Shown here one piece after another: positions 8,016-18,945 of a DNA stretch of 31,302 nt (position 1 is the stretch's first letter; each line of letters opens with the position of its first letter). The notes beneath the pieces are model-generated. The model saw only the letters and a list, made by a program, of their open reading frames with translations, had not been told where the DNA came from and searched no databases. Origin of the DNA: Thermodesulfobacteriota bacterium (lineage in GTDB: Bacteria > Desulfobacterota_D > UBA1144 > Nemesobacterales > N074bin48); assembly GCA_041572575.1 (NCBI GenBank), contig JBFFSH010000027.1, positions 1 through 31,302 on the forward strand, given 5' to 3'. Both the position numbers and the translations under genes were made by a program.

Positions 8016-8861
8016 TTACCTGAATCTTCTCTTTACAAGTCTGATAAGTCCATGATCCTGCTCGTTCTTTAGCAGTGACCCCACATAAGGCGGCAGTTCA
8101 TTGTCGACATCTATGTCATCGAGCTCCTCGGATGTGATTTTTCCAAGTACCAGAAGCTTTATCCAGTCTATAAGCTCGCTTGTAGAGGGTCTTTTCTTTA
8201 TTCCGTTTAAATCCCTTATTTCATAGAAAACCCGCATTGCGCTTTGAAGCAGCTTGTCTTCCAAATCGGGGTAGTGTACGTCGACAATCTCTTTCATTGT
8301 GTCTCTTTCCGGAAATGCGATGTAATGAAAGAAGCATCTTCTAAGAAAAGCGTCTGGGAGCTCCTTTTCATTATTGGATGTTATTACTACAATCGGACGC
8401 TTCTTTGCCTTAATAGTCTTTTGAAGCTCATAGCAGTAAAACTCCATCTTATCTAGTTCTAACAATAAATCATTTGGAAACTCAATATCGGCCTTGTCAA
8501 TCTCGTCTATCAACAGCACAACCTGTTCCCTGGAATCAAAAGATTCCCAGAGCTTTCCGGGTTTAATATAGTTAGCAATATCGGCTACCTCCTCCATTCC
8601 AAGCTGAGAGTCTCTGAGGCGGGTGACGGCATCATATTCATAGAGTCCCTGCTGTGCAGTCGTAGTGGATTTTATATGCCATGCAATTAGCTCCTTACTT
8701 AGAGCCTTTGCGATTTCAAAAGCTAATAGTGTTTTTCCCGTACCGGGCTCACCTTTTATTATGAGAGGTTTTTCCAGTGAAATTGCAGCGTTTACAGAGA
8801 CCATAAGGTCTTCTGTAGCAATATATGTGTCTGTTCCTTTAAATTTAATGTTCTTTGCCAT
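8016..8861 (-). CDS. MoxR-family AAA+ ATPase
   Basis: GEPGTGKT, LYEYDAVTRLRD, LLIDEIDKAD, NEKELPDAFLRRC. Confidence 0.92.
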   Translation of the reverse strand: MAKNIKFKGTDTYIATEDLMVSVNAAISLEKPLIIKGEPGTGKTLLAFEIAKALSKELIAWHIKSTTTAQQGLYEYDAVTRLRDSQLGMEEVADIANYIKPGKLWESFDSREQVVLLIDEIDKADIEFPNDLLLELDKMEFYCYELQKTIKAKKRPIVVITSNNEKELPDAFLRRCFFHYIAFPERDTMKEIVDVHYPDLEDKLLQSAMRVFYEIRDLNGIKKRPSTSELIDWIKLLVLGKITSEELDDIDVDNELPPYVGSLLKNEQDHGLIRLVKRRFR

Positions 8862-8926
8862 GTTTTTTAATGTATTCCTTTATAAGAAAAATTCAAATGT
8901 ATAGAAAATTATACATAGTGTTTTTA

Positions 8927-9601
8927 CTAAACAGATATCTCTTTTTGAAACTTTTTATGTTCTTTATTGTGTAAATACAGATCGATAATAATTTTTATTA
9001 GAATCAATACTACCAATAAATAGACCGGTGAACCAAAGTACATCACGGGAAAAGCACCTGCAATAATAGCTATATGAAGTACGCCAATTCTTATGTACGG
9101 CTGGGACATGAGGTCTTTTGCTTTTACATTCATATATTCACCTTTGATGATGAAGTTATATACAAAAGAAAACCCGTGGCTTAAGAAAAGAGTAAAAAAT
9201 GCTAATAACATATTATCGGGCAGGATTTCAAGGATCTTCCTTACTACACTTATTAACATTTCAATAAAGACAAAAAATCCCGGGGCTGATATATCTTCAA
9301 AAAGATTTCCCGGATCTCTTTTAAACATCATCATTATAAAGAATCCGTGTCCGGCGCAAAATCCTCCATAGTGGACTATGAAAAAGGGGATCATAAATAA
9401 CTTGGAAACATTTTCTGCCGGAGTAGATGCTTTTACGAATATCATTCTCAATACATTGTAAAAACCGATTATCAGATTTTCAGACCAGTAGAGAAGTACA
9501 ATCCAGAATGCATCCCAGCTTTGGTAGAATACTCCATAAATCGGGATGATATTTGATACGATAAGAACTAAACCAGAGGTTGTTTTAATTCTTTCAAGCA
9601 T
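8927..9601 (-). CDS. DUF6498-like integral membrane protein
   Basis: Hydrophobic segments; YWSENLIIG, FFIVHYGGFCAGHG, PYIRIGVLHIAII motifs. Confidence 0.75.
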   Translation of the reverse strand: MLERIKTTSGLVLIVSNIIPIYGVFYQSWDAFWIVLLYWSENLIIGFYNVLRMIFVKASTPAENVSKLFMIPFFIVHYGGFCAGHGFFIMMMFKRDPGNLFEDISAPGFFVFIEMLISVVRKILEILPDNMLLAFFTLFLSHGFSFVYNFIIKGEYMNVKAKDLMSQPYIRIGVLHIAIIAGAFPVMYFGSPVYLLVVLILIKIIIDLYLHNKEHKKFQKEISV

Positions 9602-9610
9602 AAAAATGAT

Positions 9611-10888
9611 TTAACTTATTTTATCCAGACCATCCATATATGGTCTTAGAGCTTCTGGGAGGGTGACAGTGCCGTCTTTATTCTGAAAGTTTTCCATGAT
9701 TGCTATAACAGTTCTTCCTACTGCCAGACCTGACCCGTTCAGAGTGTGAACAAGTTTTGTCTTGCCGCCTCCGGATGGTTTATATCTAATGGCTGCTCTT
9801 CTTGCCTGAAAGTCTTCAAAGTTGGAGCAGGATGAGATTTCCCTGTACTTGTTCTCGCTTGGAATCCAGACTTCAAGGTCATAAGTCTTTGCAGAGGAAA
9901 AACCTATGTCGCCTGTGCATAGGACAACTATTCTGTAAGGAAGTCCTAATAGCTCCAGTATCTTTGCAGCGTTTGCAGTAAGCGCCTCATGCTCGTCATA
10001 GGATGTCTCAGGGGTAGTAAACTTTACAAGCTCAACCTTGTTGAACTGGTGCTGTCTCATAATGCCATGAACATCCTTTCCATAAGACCCGGCTTCCTTT
10101 CTAAAACAAGGCGTATAAGCAGCATATTTAATCGGAAGCTGCTCTTCAGATATGATTTCATCTCTGTAAATATTAGTTACTGGTACTTCTGCTGTGGGTA
10201 TGAGGTAATAATCAGTGTCATTTATTTTAAAGAGGTCATCTTCAAACTTGGGTAGATTGCCGGTGCCTGTAAAACTTTCAGAGTTTGCCATAAGAGGTGG
10301 AAGTACCTCTGTATAGCCATGCTCTTTTGTATGTATATCAAGCATGAAATTAATTAGTGCTCTTTCCAGTCTTGCTCCAAGACCTTTATAAAGAGAAAAT
10401 CTTGCGCCAGTGATCTTTGCTGCGGTTTCCAGATCGAGGATTCCGAGATTCTTTCCTATCTCCACATGGTCTTTAATCTCATAATCAAATTTTGTTGGCT
10501 CACCCCATGTTTTTACAACCGGGTTATCTGATTCATCTTTACCAACTGGTACGGCTTCATTCGTAATGTTTGGTATTTGCAGGAGTATATTTCTCAGATC
10601 TGTTTCAATAATTGTTCTTTTATCATTTAACTCTTTTACAGTATCTGACAGCTCTTTTAAATCAGCTTGCAGCTGTTTTGCTTCATCCTTTTTTCCTTCT
10701 CTCATCAAACTGCCAACTTCTTTAGACCCCTTGTTTCGTTTATGTTCAACCTGTTCTGCCTCTTTAATTGCAGTTTTTCTCTTATCTATCAGTTCTTTTA
10801 GAGTATCAAAGTCTACTTTTGTATTTCTTTGCTCTGTTTTAGTTATTACAAGATCAAAATTATCTTCAATGAATTTTATATCCAGCAT
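9611..10888 (-). CDS. serS: Serine--tRNA ligase
   Basis: N-terminal coiled coil; [46 protein letters not shown]. Confidence 0.98.
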   Translation of the reverse strand: MLDIKFIEDNFDLVITKTEQRNTKVDFDTLKELIDKRKTAIKEAEQVEHKRNKGSKEVGSLMREGKKDEAKQLQADLKELSDTVKELNDKRTIIETDLRNILLQIPNITNEAVPVGKDESDNPVVKTWGEPTKFDYEIKDHVEIGKNLGILDLETAAKITGARFSLYKGLGARLERALINFMLDIHTKEHGYTEVLPPLMANSESFTGTGNLPKFEDDLFKINDTDYYLIPTAEVPVTNIYRDEIISEEQLPIKYAAYTPCFRKEAGSYGKDVHGIMRQHQFNKVELVKFTTPETSYDEHEALTANAAKILELLGLPYRIVVLCTGDIGFSSAKTYDLEVWIPSENKYREISSCSNFEDFQARRAAIRYKPSGGGKTKLVHTLNGSGLAVGRTVIAIMENFQNKDGTVTLPEALRPYMDGLDKIS

Positions 10889-10892
10889 CTTA

Positions 10893-12344
10893 TTATCCCT
10901 TTATAACACCTATTGGTCTTAGTCTGGCTACTTTTTTTGCAATCCCTGCATTATGAACAACGTCGCATACATCTTCAACTTTTTTATAAGCATCGGGCAT
11001 TTCTTCAACAATTGTTCTTTTTTTTCTGGCTATGACTTCAATTCCTTTTTTACTGAGCTCTGCAAGCAGCTTATTCGGATCGCCCTGCTTAAGCGCTCTT
11101 CTTCTCGACAGAAGCCTTCCTGCTCCATGGCAGCAGGTTCCAAATGTTTGCTCAAGTGCGTTTTCAGTTCCTACTAAAACATATGATGCTCTACCCATAT
11201 CACCCGGTATCATGACAGGCTGTCCAACGTCCTTGTAAATATCAGGGATAAGCGGATGATTTTTTGGAAACGACCTTGTAGCCCCCTTTCTGTGTACACA
11301 TACTTTTTTCATTTCACCATTAATTTTATGTTCTTCTATTTTTGCTATGTTGTGGCTTACGTCATAGACTAGTGCAGCACCCAGATCTGCAGAGCTTAGA
11401 TTAAGCACATTCATAAAAGCCTCTCTTGTAAGGTGCATAATTATCTGCCTGTTTATCCATGCATAATTCACTGCGGCTGCAAAGGCAGAGAGATACTCCT
11501 TTCCTTCTTTGGAATTAATGTGTGCGCAGGCAAGCTGTTTGTCGGGAAGTTTTATTTGCTCTCTTTCCATATATCTCAGCATTTTATTAATATAATCGGA
11601 GCATATCTGATGCCCAAACCCCCTTGAGCCGCAGTGTATCAGCACGCAGACCTGCCCGATGGACAGGCCAAAAGCATCAGCAACCTTTAAATTGTCTATC
11701 TTGTCCACTACATTAATCTCCAAAAAGTGGTTTCCTGAACCAAGCGAGCCTAACTGATTCCTTCCTCTTTCAAGTGCTTTTTGGCTTATATTTTCTAGGT
11801 TTGATCCCGAAAAATAGCCCCTGTCTTCAATCATCTCCAGGTCTTGTTCTATTCCCCATCCTCTTTCTATCGCCCATTTCACTCCTTTATCCGTAAAATC
11901 GTTGTAATCACTATCGGATAATTTTATTTTACCCCCAATACCCGGGCCGCAGGGTACGGTTTTGAATAGTTGCTCTACAAGAAGTCTAAGGCTTGGCCTC
12001 ACGTCTTTCTCTGTAAGATTGGTTCTCATTAAACGCACGCCGCAGTTGATGTCATATCCTACCCCTCCGGGTGAGATCACTCCAGTTTCAATATCTGTTG
12101 CGGCAACTCCTCCTATTGGAAATCCGTAACCCAGATGAATGTCGGGCATGGCTATGGAATATTTTTGTATACCGGGGAGGTGGGCAACATTTACGACCTG
12201 CTCGATTGATCTGTCTTCAATAATAGACTTAAGTATTTTCTCGTTTACATAAAGCCTTCCGGGGACAAGCATCCTGCCTGTTTTTGGAATTTCAAAAAGA
12301 TAATCATTTATCTTTATTGTTTTTATAGGTCGTGAATGTTCCAT
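10893..12344 (-). CDS. rtcB: RtcB RNA ligase (long, archaeal-type)
   Basis: [54 protein letters not shown]. Start uncertain (12344 or 12359). Confidence 0.96.
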   Translation of the reverse strand: MEHSRPIKTIKINDYLFEIPKTGRMLVPGRLYVNEKILKSIIEDRSIEQVVNVAHLPGIQKYSIAMPDIHLGYGFPIGGVAATDIETGVISPGGVGYDINCGVRLMRTNLTEKDVRPSLRLLVEQLFKTVPCGPGIGGKIKLSDSDYNDFTDKGVKWAIERGWGIEQDLEMIEDRGYFSGSNLENISQKALERGRNQLGSLGSGNHFLEINVVDKIDNLKVADAFGLSIGQVCVLIHCGSRGFGHQICSDYINKMLRYMEREQIKLPDKQLACAHINSKEGKEYLSAFAAAVNYAWINRQIIMHLTREAFMNVLNLSSADLGAALVYDVSHNIAKIEEHKINGEMKKVCVHRKGATRSFPKNHPLIPDIYKDVGQPVMIPGDMGRASYVLVGTENALEQTFGTCCHGAGRLLSRRRALKQGDPNKLLAELSKKGIEVIARKKRTIVEEMPDAYKKVEDVCDVVHNAGIAKKVARLRPIGVIKG

Positions 12345-12348
12345 AAAT

Positions 12349-12768
12349 TTATATGTCAAATGTGATCGTTGCCGATAATAATCCGTTATTATGCTCTACA
12401 TTTAGGCCACTATATGTTACGGCTTTTATATCGTTTAATAGATCATGCCTCGAAAAATCGATCTCTTCACCTTTGCAGATACCCTCAACCTCTTTATTTT
12501 CATTTACTTTAATTTCAAAATCAGAGAACAACAGTCTTTTAACTTCATGCATGTATAGCAGTTCTGAAAGCCAGTTTACAAGGAGTTGTTCTTCTGAGTT
12601 TCCATCTGATTTAACCGCATATTTATTTTTTGCTTCAATAGTATTCAAATCGCAAATTATATCCATCATTGCTAAAGAACTATTAATTAATAATTCGTTA
12701 AAGTCCCTACCGGATACTCTAACGGATATATCGGCTGTGTGGTCAATTATTTCATAGCTTTTATTCAT
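12349..12768 (-). CDS. Archease (RtcB activator)
   Basis: YEIIDHTAD, IKAVTY and C-terminal FDI; likely start ATG 12768. Confidence 0.94.
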   Translation of the reverse strand: MNKSYEIIDHTADISVRVSGRDFNELLINSSLAMMDIICDLNTIEAKNKYAVKSDGNSEEQLLVNWLSELLYMHEVKRLLFSDFEIKVNENKEVEGICKGEEIDFSRHDLLNDIKAVTYSGLNVEHNNGLLSATITFDI

Positions 12769-12860
12769 AACTTTATAAGAAAAAAATAAATTAATTATTC
12801 TGTCTTGCAAAGTTTTATCATATTTGTTAATTTTACGAAATTTTATTCTGGAGGAAAGAA

Positions 12861-13580
12861 ATGGCAAATATCGGTAAAGGCTTTGAGATTACATATTACG
12901 GACATTCAACATTCAGGATCAAATCACCCAAAGGAAAAATTATTTTCATTGATCCCTGGATAACAGAAAACCCCTCATGCCCTGAAAACCTTAAAGATGT
13001 TGATGGAGTAGATATTATTGCAGTTACCCACGGCCATTTTGATCATATAAGTGATGTTAGACCACTTGCAGAGAAATATAAACCTACTGTTGTTTCAAAC
13101 TGGGAGATTTGTGACTGGCTTGGAAGTAAGAAAGTTGAAAACTGTGCGCCAATGAATAAAGGGGGAGGGCAGGTAGTAGACGGAATAAAGTTTTTCATGA
13201 CCCATGCTCAGCATTCAAGCGGCATTAAAGACGATGACGGTTCAACTATATATGGTGGAGAGCCTGCTGGCTTTGTTATTCAACTTGAAAATGGCTTCAG
13301 GCTTTATCATGCTGGAGACACTAATATATTTAGTGATATGAAATTAATTTCCGAGATATATAAACCTGAGCTTGTTATGCTTCCTATTGGAGACTTGTTT
13401 ACCATGTCACCGCTTGAGGCTTCTTATGCATGCAGGTTTTTAAATCCAAAATATGTGATACCGATGCATTATGGTACATTCCCGCCGCTTATCGGCACAC
13501 CTGATCAGCTAAAGGCTCTTACAAGAGACCTTACAGAGATGGAGATAATTGCACTTAAACCAGGTGAGGTTTTGAGCTAG
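12861..13580 (+). CDS. Metallo-beta-lactamase-fold hydrolase (UPF0173-like)
   Basis: YYGHS, IDPW, THGHFDH, HAQHSS, YHAGDT, PMHYGTF; GGAGG RBS. Confidence 0.92.
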   Translation: MANIGKGFEITYYGHSTFRIKSPKGKIIFIDPWITENPSCPENLKDVDGVDIIAVTHGHFDHISDVRPLAEKYKPTVVSNWEICDWLGSKKVENCAPMNKGGGQVVDGIKFFMTHAQHSSGIKDDDGSTIYGGEPAGFVIQLENGFRLYHAGDTNIFSDMKLISEIYKPELVMLPIGDLFTMSPLEASYACRFLNPKYVIPMHYGTFPPLIGTPDQLKALTRDLTEMEIIALKPGEVLS

Positions 13581-14002
13581 GAATTAAATTCGGATTTGAA
13601 TTTTTGAGGCACTCTGCTGATTTCTCTTTTATTGTAGTCATAAAATACAATGCCTGTCTTTACTCTGGCTACTTCCTTTAGGGTCTCAGAGTCGGAGAGT
13701 TTGTAAACAAAATCACACCCGTATTTGCTGAACTCATTAACTGCAATCTCAATCTTTAAGGACTGTCCGTAAAAAGCCTCTGATTTATATACAAGCGCTG
13801 CGTCTGAAAGAATGATCCCGGGCCCGTCAATATTGGCTTCGGAATAACCCAGGCTTTGCAAGAACCTTACCCGTGCCTCATGTGTCAGCGAAAGAATTGA
13901 GTCATGCGCCAGGTGGCCTCCATAGTTTATGTCGCTTATTCTAAGCTTTATTTCAGTGCAGTATATAAAGTCATTCGGTAGTTCTATATTTATTCTTGCC
14001 AT
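13577..14002 (-). CDS. Hotdog-fold acyl-CoA thioesterase (4HBT/YbgC-like)
   Basis: RISDINYGGHL, HEARVRFL, YKSEAFYG. Confidence 0.88.
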   Translation of the reverse strand: MARINIELPNDFIYCTEIKLRISDINYGGHLAHDSILSLTHEARVRFLQSLGYSEANIDGPGIILSDAALVYKSEAFYGQSLKIEIAVNEFSKYGCDFVYKLSDSETLKEVARVKTGIVFYDYNKREISRVPQKFKSEFNS

Positions 14003-14094
14003 AATATTCAGTGTTTAGGTTTGTTGTAATAATACGGTAAAATAGTTTATTGGGATCAACTTATTATATACTTTTTTTAAGTATAATCTCTACC

Positions 14095-14122
14095 TTGATT
14101 TTTATAAGTCATTTGTTATTAT
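14095..14122 (+). promoter_or_regulatory. Putative sigma70 promoter for PUR-domain gene
   Basis: TTGATT-N16-TATTAT with TGn extended -10; AT-rich context lowers specificity. Confidence 0.4.
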
Positions 14123-14177
14123 TGAAGCCCAATTTTCGAATTCAGTTCTCATAGGGAGGACAAGAGGCGGTGGTATT

Positions 14178-14402
14178 ATGGAAAGAGTAGAAAAAGAGCA
14201 TTTAAGTAAACACATTGATATTGAATCCAAAAGATTTTTCTTTGATGTAAAAGAAAACCATAAAGGCAAATATCTTAGAATAACTGAGCTTAGCGGGGGA
14301 AGATCCTGTATTGTGATTCCTCTTGGAGGAATTAAGACATTTAAGGACAGGCTTGGTGAAATTATAGATGAGACTGATGAAATAGTCGGTCTTGAATCTT
14401 AG
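14178..14402 (+). CDS. Single-repeat PUR-domain (Pur-alpha/PurA-like) ssDNA/RNA-binding protein
   Basis: LSKHIDIESKRFFFDVKENHKGKYLRITE...RSCIVIP matches the PUR-repeat consensus (KRFYLDVKxNxxGxFLKIxE). Confidence 0.88.
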   Translation: MERVEKEHLSKHIDIESKRFFFDVKENHKGKYLRITELSGGRSCIVIPLGGIKTFKDRLGEIIDETDEIVGLES

Positions 14403-14534
14403 GATTTGGAATTACAAACTGACAAGATTTATTCTGTATATCAATAGCACATGAACTATATATAAGTATAGGTGCGTAGAAAAATCGTTTGTATAAGGTA
14501 GCTTAAGATTTTAATATGTAATTTGGTATTAGAT

Positions 14535-16283
14535 TTAGTTAATATCTATAGCATCTACTATTCTTATCTTCAACTCTTCGGGTACGGTATTTAAAAAACC
14601 TATATCAACATTATTGAACGTTCTTCTTGTGCGTTTCGGCAGGATTTCATTTATTACAAATTTATTTGAACCAAGCTGTTTAGTTGCACCTCTGTTATAA
14701 AAAGTGACCTCGAGCTGAATGTTCGTGTATGTGATATTACTTCTGTTTACAAGGGTTATTTCTGAAAGCTGCCCTATGGTGCTTACAATTCCGGGTTTTA
14801 CCTTGTAATCCCTGATTTCTATATCTATGGTTGGAAGAGGTTCATAGTCTTCATCACTTTCTATCAGATACTCATCTTCACTAATATTTTCATACTCTAC
14901 AGTCTTTCCATCAACCCTAGCTACACTTGTGTATGGGTGTCGCTTGGTTGAGGCTGTGTTAGTATTATCTACGGCTACTTTGGTCTCAGTAAGTTCATAT
15001 TCTTCCTCTTCATCATCACCAAGACCTACAAGATTTTTGCTCCATCCGAATGCTCTGCTTATAACATTCTTCTTTTCTTTAGGCTTTTCATACCTGTACT
15101 CTATCTTATGTCTTTCATGAGTTTGAGGTTCACTCACCGGCTGACTGTAAGATTCGGTTCTTGTATCAGTTTCAAAAGTATCAGCCTCAGCAGATACTAT
15201 AACAATTTCCTGGAAAACCTCAGGGAATATCTTTGCCTGTTCCCTTAGCAGCTGTTCATCGCTTATGGCATTGTCCACCCTTGTGGCATATTGATTTCTA
15301 TCCCTATAATATGGAGATGTATCTTGAGGTTCTTCTATCAGTATTTCTTTTTGTAATTCACCCTCACTATCCTCAATACCTTCAATTATTTGCTCTCCGG
15401 AATCCGGATCAACCTTTAATACATATTTTCTGTATCTTTCAGCAAGTGATAGATTTCTGTCTCTCTCTCCCTGGCCGTCATAATCGGGATAACTATCAAT
15501 ACCAGGGGTATTTTCATCAACCCTTATACCCTCCTTTGCAAGAAGGCTCCTGTACTCTCTTTTGGTTATTTTAGTGGCATCCCTAACTGTAATTACTGCA
15601 CTTCTTGCTCCTCTATCTTTAAAACCAACGTTAATATTGTTGAACGTCTTTTCTGAATTTGCAGGCAGATAATCATGGATTATGGTCCTGTAGGGTACTG
15701 TTGATGAATCAGCAGGATCTTGGAAATTAATAGTTATCTGAATTTTCTTAAAGTTAATATCACTCTTATTCTCAAGAGTTATATACTTTAATATTCCCTC
15801 TGTACCATAATTTGTTTCAAGCCACTGCCAGTCTTTTACCAGTATTACATCTTTTGGAGAATCTATACCTCTTTCAACAAGCTCCGCTCCGGTAATCCTT
15901 ATAATTGATTTTTCAAGATCGGTATTCATGAATCCAAGACTAATGTTAGTAAATGTCTTAGTCGATCCGGAAATGAGATTGTCTTTAATGGTAGCTCTAA
16001 GTGAGCCCTGAGGCACATCATTATTGCTAATTAACTCTACTTCTATGGAAATGTTCTCGTAATCTTTGCTGCCTACATTTTCAATTGTTACGGAATTTAA
16101 GATACCTTCTATACCTCTACCACCCGTTTTCCATTCATAATCTGTAATAATAAGCGCAGTCTTGGCGGTTTCTTTTTTTCTCTTCTTTTGCTGTGACTTC
16201 GCATCGGTTGGTATTATTAGCGTTGCTAACAACAAAACAGCAATAGTTAGTAATCCAATTTTATATATATTGAACATCTTCAT
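14535..16283 (-). CDS. Exported protein with three repeated FxLYD-like beta-sandwich domains and an acidic linker
   Basis: Signal peptide; three copies of G.L..(I/V)T(I/L).N......I.(I/L)...F/L.........I...L.....TF.N...GF. Confidence 0.7.
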   Translation of the reverse strand: MKMFNIYKIGLLTIAVLLLATLIIPTDAKSQQKKRKKETAKTALIITDYEWKTGGRGIEGILNSVTIENVGSKDYENISIEVELISNNDVPQGSLRATIKDNLISGSTKTFTNISLGFMNTDLEKSIIRITGAELVERGIDSPKDVILVKDWQWLETNYGTEGILKYITLENKSDINFKKIQITINFQDPADSSTVPYRTIIHDYLPANSEKTFNNINVGFKDRGARSAVITVRDATKITKREYRSLLAKEGIRVDENTPGIDSYPDYDGQGERDRNLSLAERYRKYVLKVDPDSGEQIIEGIEDSEGELQKEILIEEPQDTSPYYRDRNQYATRVDNAISDEQLLREQAKIFPEVFQEIVIVSAEADTFETDTRTESYSQPVSEPQTHERHKIEYRYEKPKEKKNVISRAFGWSKNLVGLGDDEEEEYELTETKVAVDNTNTASTKRHPYTSVARVDGKTVEYENISEDEYLIESDEDYEPLPTIDIEIRDYKVKPGIVSTIGQLSEITLVNRSNITYTNIQLEVTFYNRGATKQLGSNKFVINEILPKRTRRTFNNVDIGFLNTVPEELKIRIVDAIDIN

Positions 16284-16466
16284 TTAAAATAGCACCTCAG
16301 AGTTATTATAAGATAATATCTAAAAAAGTAGTTTAGTGAAGCAATAATAACTGATCAATTATACATAATTAAATTTCTAATTGTTAATAATTTTTTATTT
16401 GTATGAAATTTGTAATTTTTATATCATTTTGACTATAATTTTTGACTTATGTAGAATTGGGTTTAG

Positions 16467-18290
16467 ATGGGGATCATAACTATACTTCCTGATGATGTTG
16501 TATCCAAAATTGCTGCCGGTGAAATAGTAGAAAGACCGGCATCAGTGGTAAAAGAGCTAATTGAAAACTCCCTGGATGCAAACTCTAAAAAGATAAAGAT
16601 CACGCTTGTATCCGGAGGCAAAAAATTTATAAGTGTAGAGGATGACGGCATAGGCATGAACAGGGATGATGCGCTTCTTTGTCTTGAACGTCATGCTACA
16701 AGTAAAATAAAGGCAGCCGATGATTTACTGCATGTCAGCACACTGGGATTTAGGGGTGAGGCACTTCCTAGTATAAGCAGCATATCCAAATTCAGGCTTG
16801 TTACAAAACAGGACCAGCAACTATCGGGTTGTGAAATCGTTATAGATGGTGGAGTAATAAGGAAGGTAAATGATACGGGTTGTCCCGAGGGTACTCTCAT
16901 TGAAGTAAGAAGCCTTTTTTATAATACGCCTCCAAGGCTTAAATTCCTAAAAAAGATTGAAACAGAGCTTTCAAATGTCTTAGATATTGTACAGCGCCAC
17001 GCAATTATCAGATATGACGTGAGTTTTGAAGTAATCCATAACGATAAAACCATCTTAAATCTAAGTTCAAGATCTAATCTGCATTCGCGTCTTTTAGAGA
17101 TTTATCCAAAGGTAGACCTTCATGAGGTAAGCGCCGAATCTTCAGGGGTTGTTGTGCACGGTTTTTTATCGAGCCCAAACGATGTGAGGACATCTACATA
17201 TAAACTATTTTGTTATGTAAACGGAAGGCCTGTAAAGGATAAACTTATAACAAGGTCTGTGATTTCATCTTTTGGTAAAGTAATAGAGAAGGGCAGGTTC
17301 CCTCAGGGTGTGCTGTTTACCCAATTGCCAAGCTCCGAAGTAGATATAAATGTTCATCCTACAAAAAGTGAGGTGCGTTTTCATTCAGCATATAAAGTCT
17401 CAGAGCTTATAAGCAGCGCAATAAGCAAGATGCTTGAAAATGCTCCATGGATAATGGCATTTGATAAAAAACCATATAGTAACACTAATATTGACCAGAA
17501 AAATATTAATAATACTTACAACTACAGACCCGCAGACACAAGAAGGGTAAGTCCAAATTACTTTCAAAGTGAAGATCAGTTAAGGGTACTCAGGGAAATA
17601 GGCCAGGATTATAAACAGGACTATAAAATTGAGAGCAGCCCGCAAGTTGGCAGTGAAGAAATATTAACTGCACAATCTCAAAGTGATGATATTTTTACAC
17701 AAAAAGGGTTTTTTGGAAGCCTTAATATAGTAGGGCAGATAAATAACCTTTATATAGTTTGTGAGTCACAAAGCGGCATGATTCTTATTGACCAGCATGC
17801 TGCGCATGAAAGGGTAAATTATGAAAAATTTAAAAAACAATTTGAGACAAGCACCCTTCAAACACAAAAATTTTTGTTCCCAGAAGTAATAGAGCTTACA
17901 GGAGCGGAGAGTACTGTTGTTGATGATAATATAGATCTGTTTTCAAAGATGGGGTTTGATCTTGAAAAATTTGGTGACTGGTCGTATTTGCTCCGTTGTT
18001 CGCCGGTGTTTTTAAAAAATGGTGACTGGCATAAGATTATTGTAGATATAATAGGTGAGCTTAAGGAAAATGACGCCGAGAAAAGTGTGAGTGACAGGAT
18101 TGACCTGTTAATTGCAACGATTGCATGCCATAAATCTGTCACAGCAAATCAGTATCTGCAAACCGAAAAGTTGCAATTCCTCTTAGACGAGCTTGATAAG
18201 ACGGACTTGCCACATTTCTGCCCGCATGGTAGACCTGTATCAAAAGAATTTACTTATGGGGAGATGGAAAAGCTTTTTAAAAGAACTTAA
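16467..18290 (+). CDS. mutL: DNA mismatch repair endonuclease MutL
   Basis: IAAGEIVERPASVVKELIENSLDA, GFRGEAL, DINVHPTK, DQHAAHERVNYE, ACH, CPHGRP. Confidence 0.98.
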   Translation: MGIITILPDDVVSKIAAGEIVERPASVVKELIENSLDANSKKIKITLVSGGKKFISVEDDGIGMNRDDALLCLERHATSKIKAADDLLHVSTLGFRGEALPSISSISKFRLVTKQDQQLSGCEIVIDGGVIRKVNDTGCPEGTLIEVRSLFYNTPPRLKFLKKIETELSNVLDIVQRHAIIRYDVSFEVIHNDKTILNLSSRSNLHSRLLEIYPKVDLHEVSAESSGVVVHGFLSSPNDVRTSTYKLFCYVNGRPVKDKLITRSVISSFGKVIEKGRFPQGVLFTQLPSSEVDINVHPTKSEVRFHSAYKVSELISSAISKMLENAPWIMAFDKKPYSNTNIDQKNINNTYNYRPADTRRVSPNYFQSEDQLRVLREIGQDYKQDYKIESSPQVGSEEILTAQSQSDDIFTQKGFFGSLNIVGQINNLYIVCESQSGMILIDQHAAHERVNYEKFKKQFETSTLQTQKFLFPEVIELTGAESTVVDDNIDLFSKMGFDLEKFGDWSYLLRCSPVFLKNGDWHKIIVDIIGELKENDAEKSVSDRIDLLIATIACHKSVTANQYLQTEKLQFLLDELDKTDLPHFCPHGRPVSKEFTYGEMEKLFKRT

Positions 18291-18293
18291 GAT

Positions 18294-18881
18294 ATGAAAG
18301 AACATGTAATATCCGCTCTTAGAGAGAGCGCAGATGTAAAGATGCAAATGGCAAAAGAATCACTGGACGAGATTGTTCAGGTTTCTGAGCTAATAACTCG
18401 TGCGCTTAAATCAGGAAAGAAAGTTCTAATATTTGGAAACGGCGGAAGTGCTGCCGATTCGCAGCATATAGCGGCAGAGTTTGTAAACCGCTTCATGATT
18501 GATAGAAAAGCACTTGCCGCAATAGCTCTTACAACTGACAGTTCCATTATTACTTCTATAGCAAATGACACATCGTTCAATGATATTTTTTCCAGACAAA
18601 TAGAGGCTATTGGAAACAAGGGTGACATTGCGCTTGGTATTACAACAAGCGGAAAATCAGCAAACATACTGAAGGCTTTGGAGATCGCAAAAGAAAAAGA
18701 GCTAAAGACCGTAGCCTTTAGCGGAAGCGGTACAACAAAACTTAAAAAACACACTGATCACATAATTGCAGTTCCTTCCACATCCACCCAAAGAATCCAG
18801 GAAGCTCATATCACTGTAGCGCATATAATATGTGAGCTTATTGAAAACGCACTTACAGAAAGTGGCAGTAGTGGTAAATAA
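18294..18881 (+). CDS. gmhA: D-sedoheptulose 7-phosphate isomerase
   Basis: GNGGSAADSQHIAAEF, IAND, SRQIEA, TTSGKS, RIQEAH. Confidence 0.96.
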   Translation: MKEHVISALRESADVKMQMAKESLDEIVQVSELITRALKSGKKVLIFGNGGSAADSQHIAAEFVNRFMIDRKALAAIALTTDSSIITSIANDTSFNDIFSRQIEAIGNKGDIALGITTSGKSANILKALEIAKEKELKTVAFSGSGTTKLKKHTDHIIAVPSTSTQRIQEAHITVAHIICELIENALTESGSSGK

Positions 18882-18945
18882 TATTTTTTACTAACCACTT
18901 TATTGAGATTGATTTTTTACTATCCTTTAGCAATAATCTTCTTTT

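Noticed and set aside
16467..18290. mutL without adjacent mutS or mutH as unusual
   Set aside because: Separate mutS/mutL loci are common, and the DQHA..E/CPHGRP endonuclease motifs explain MutH independence.
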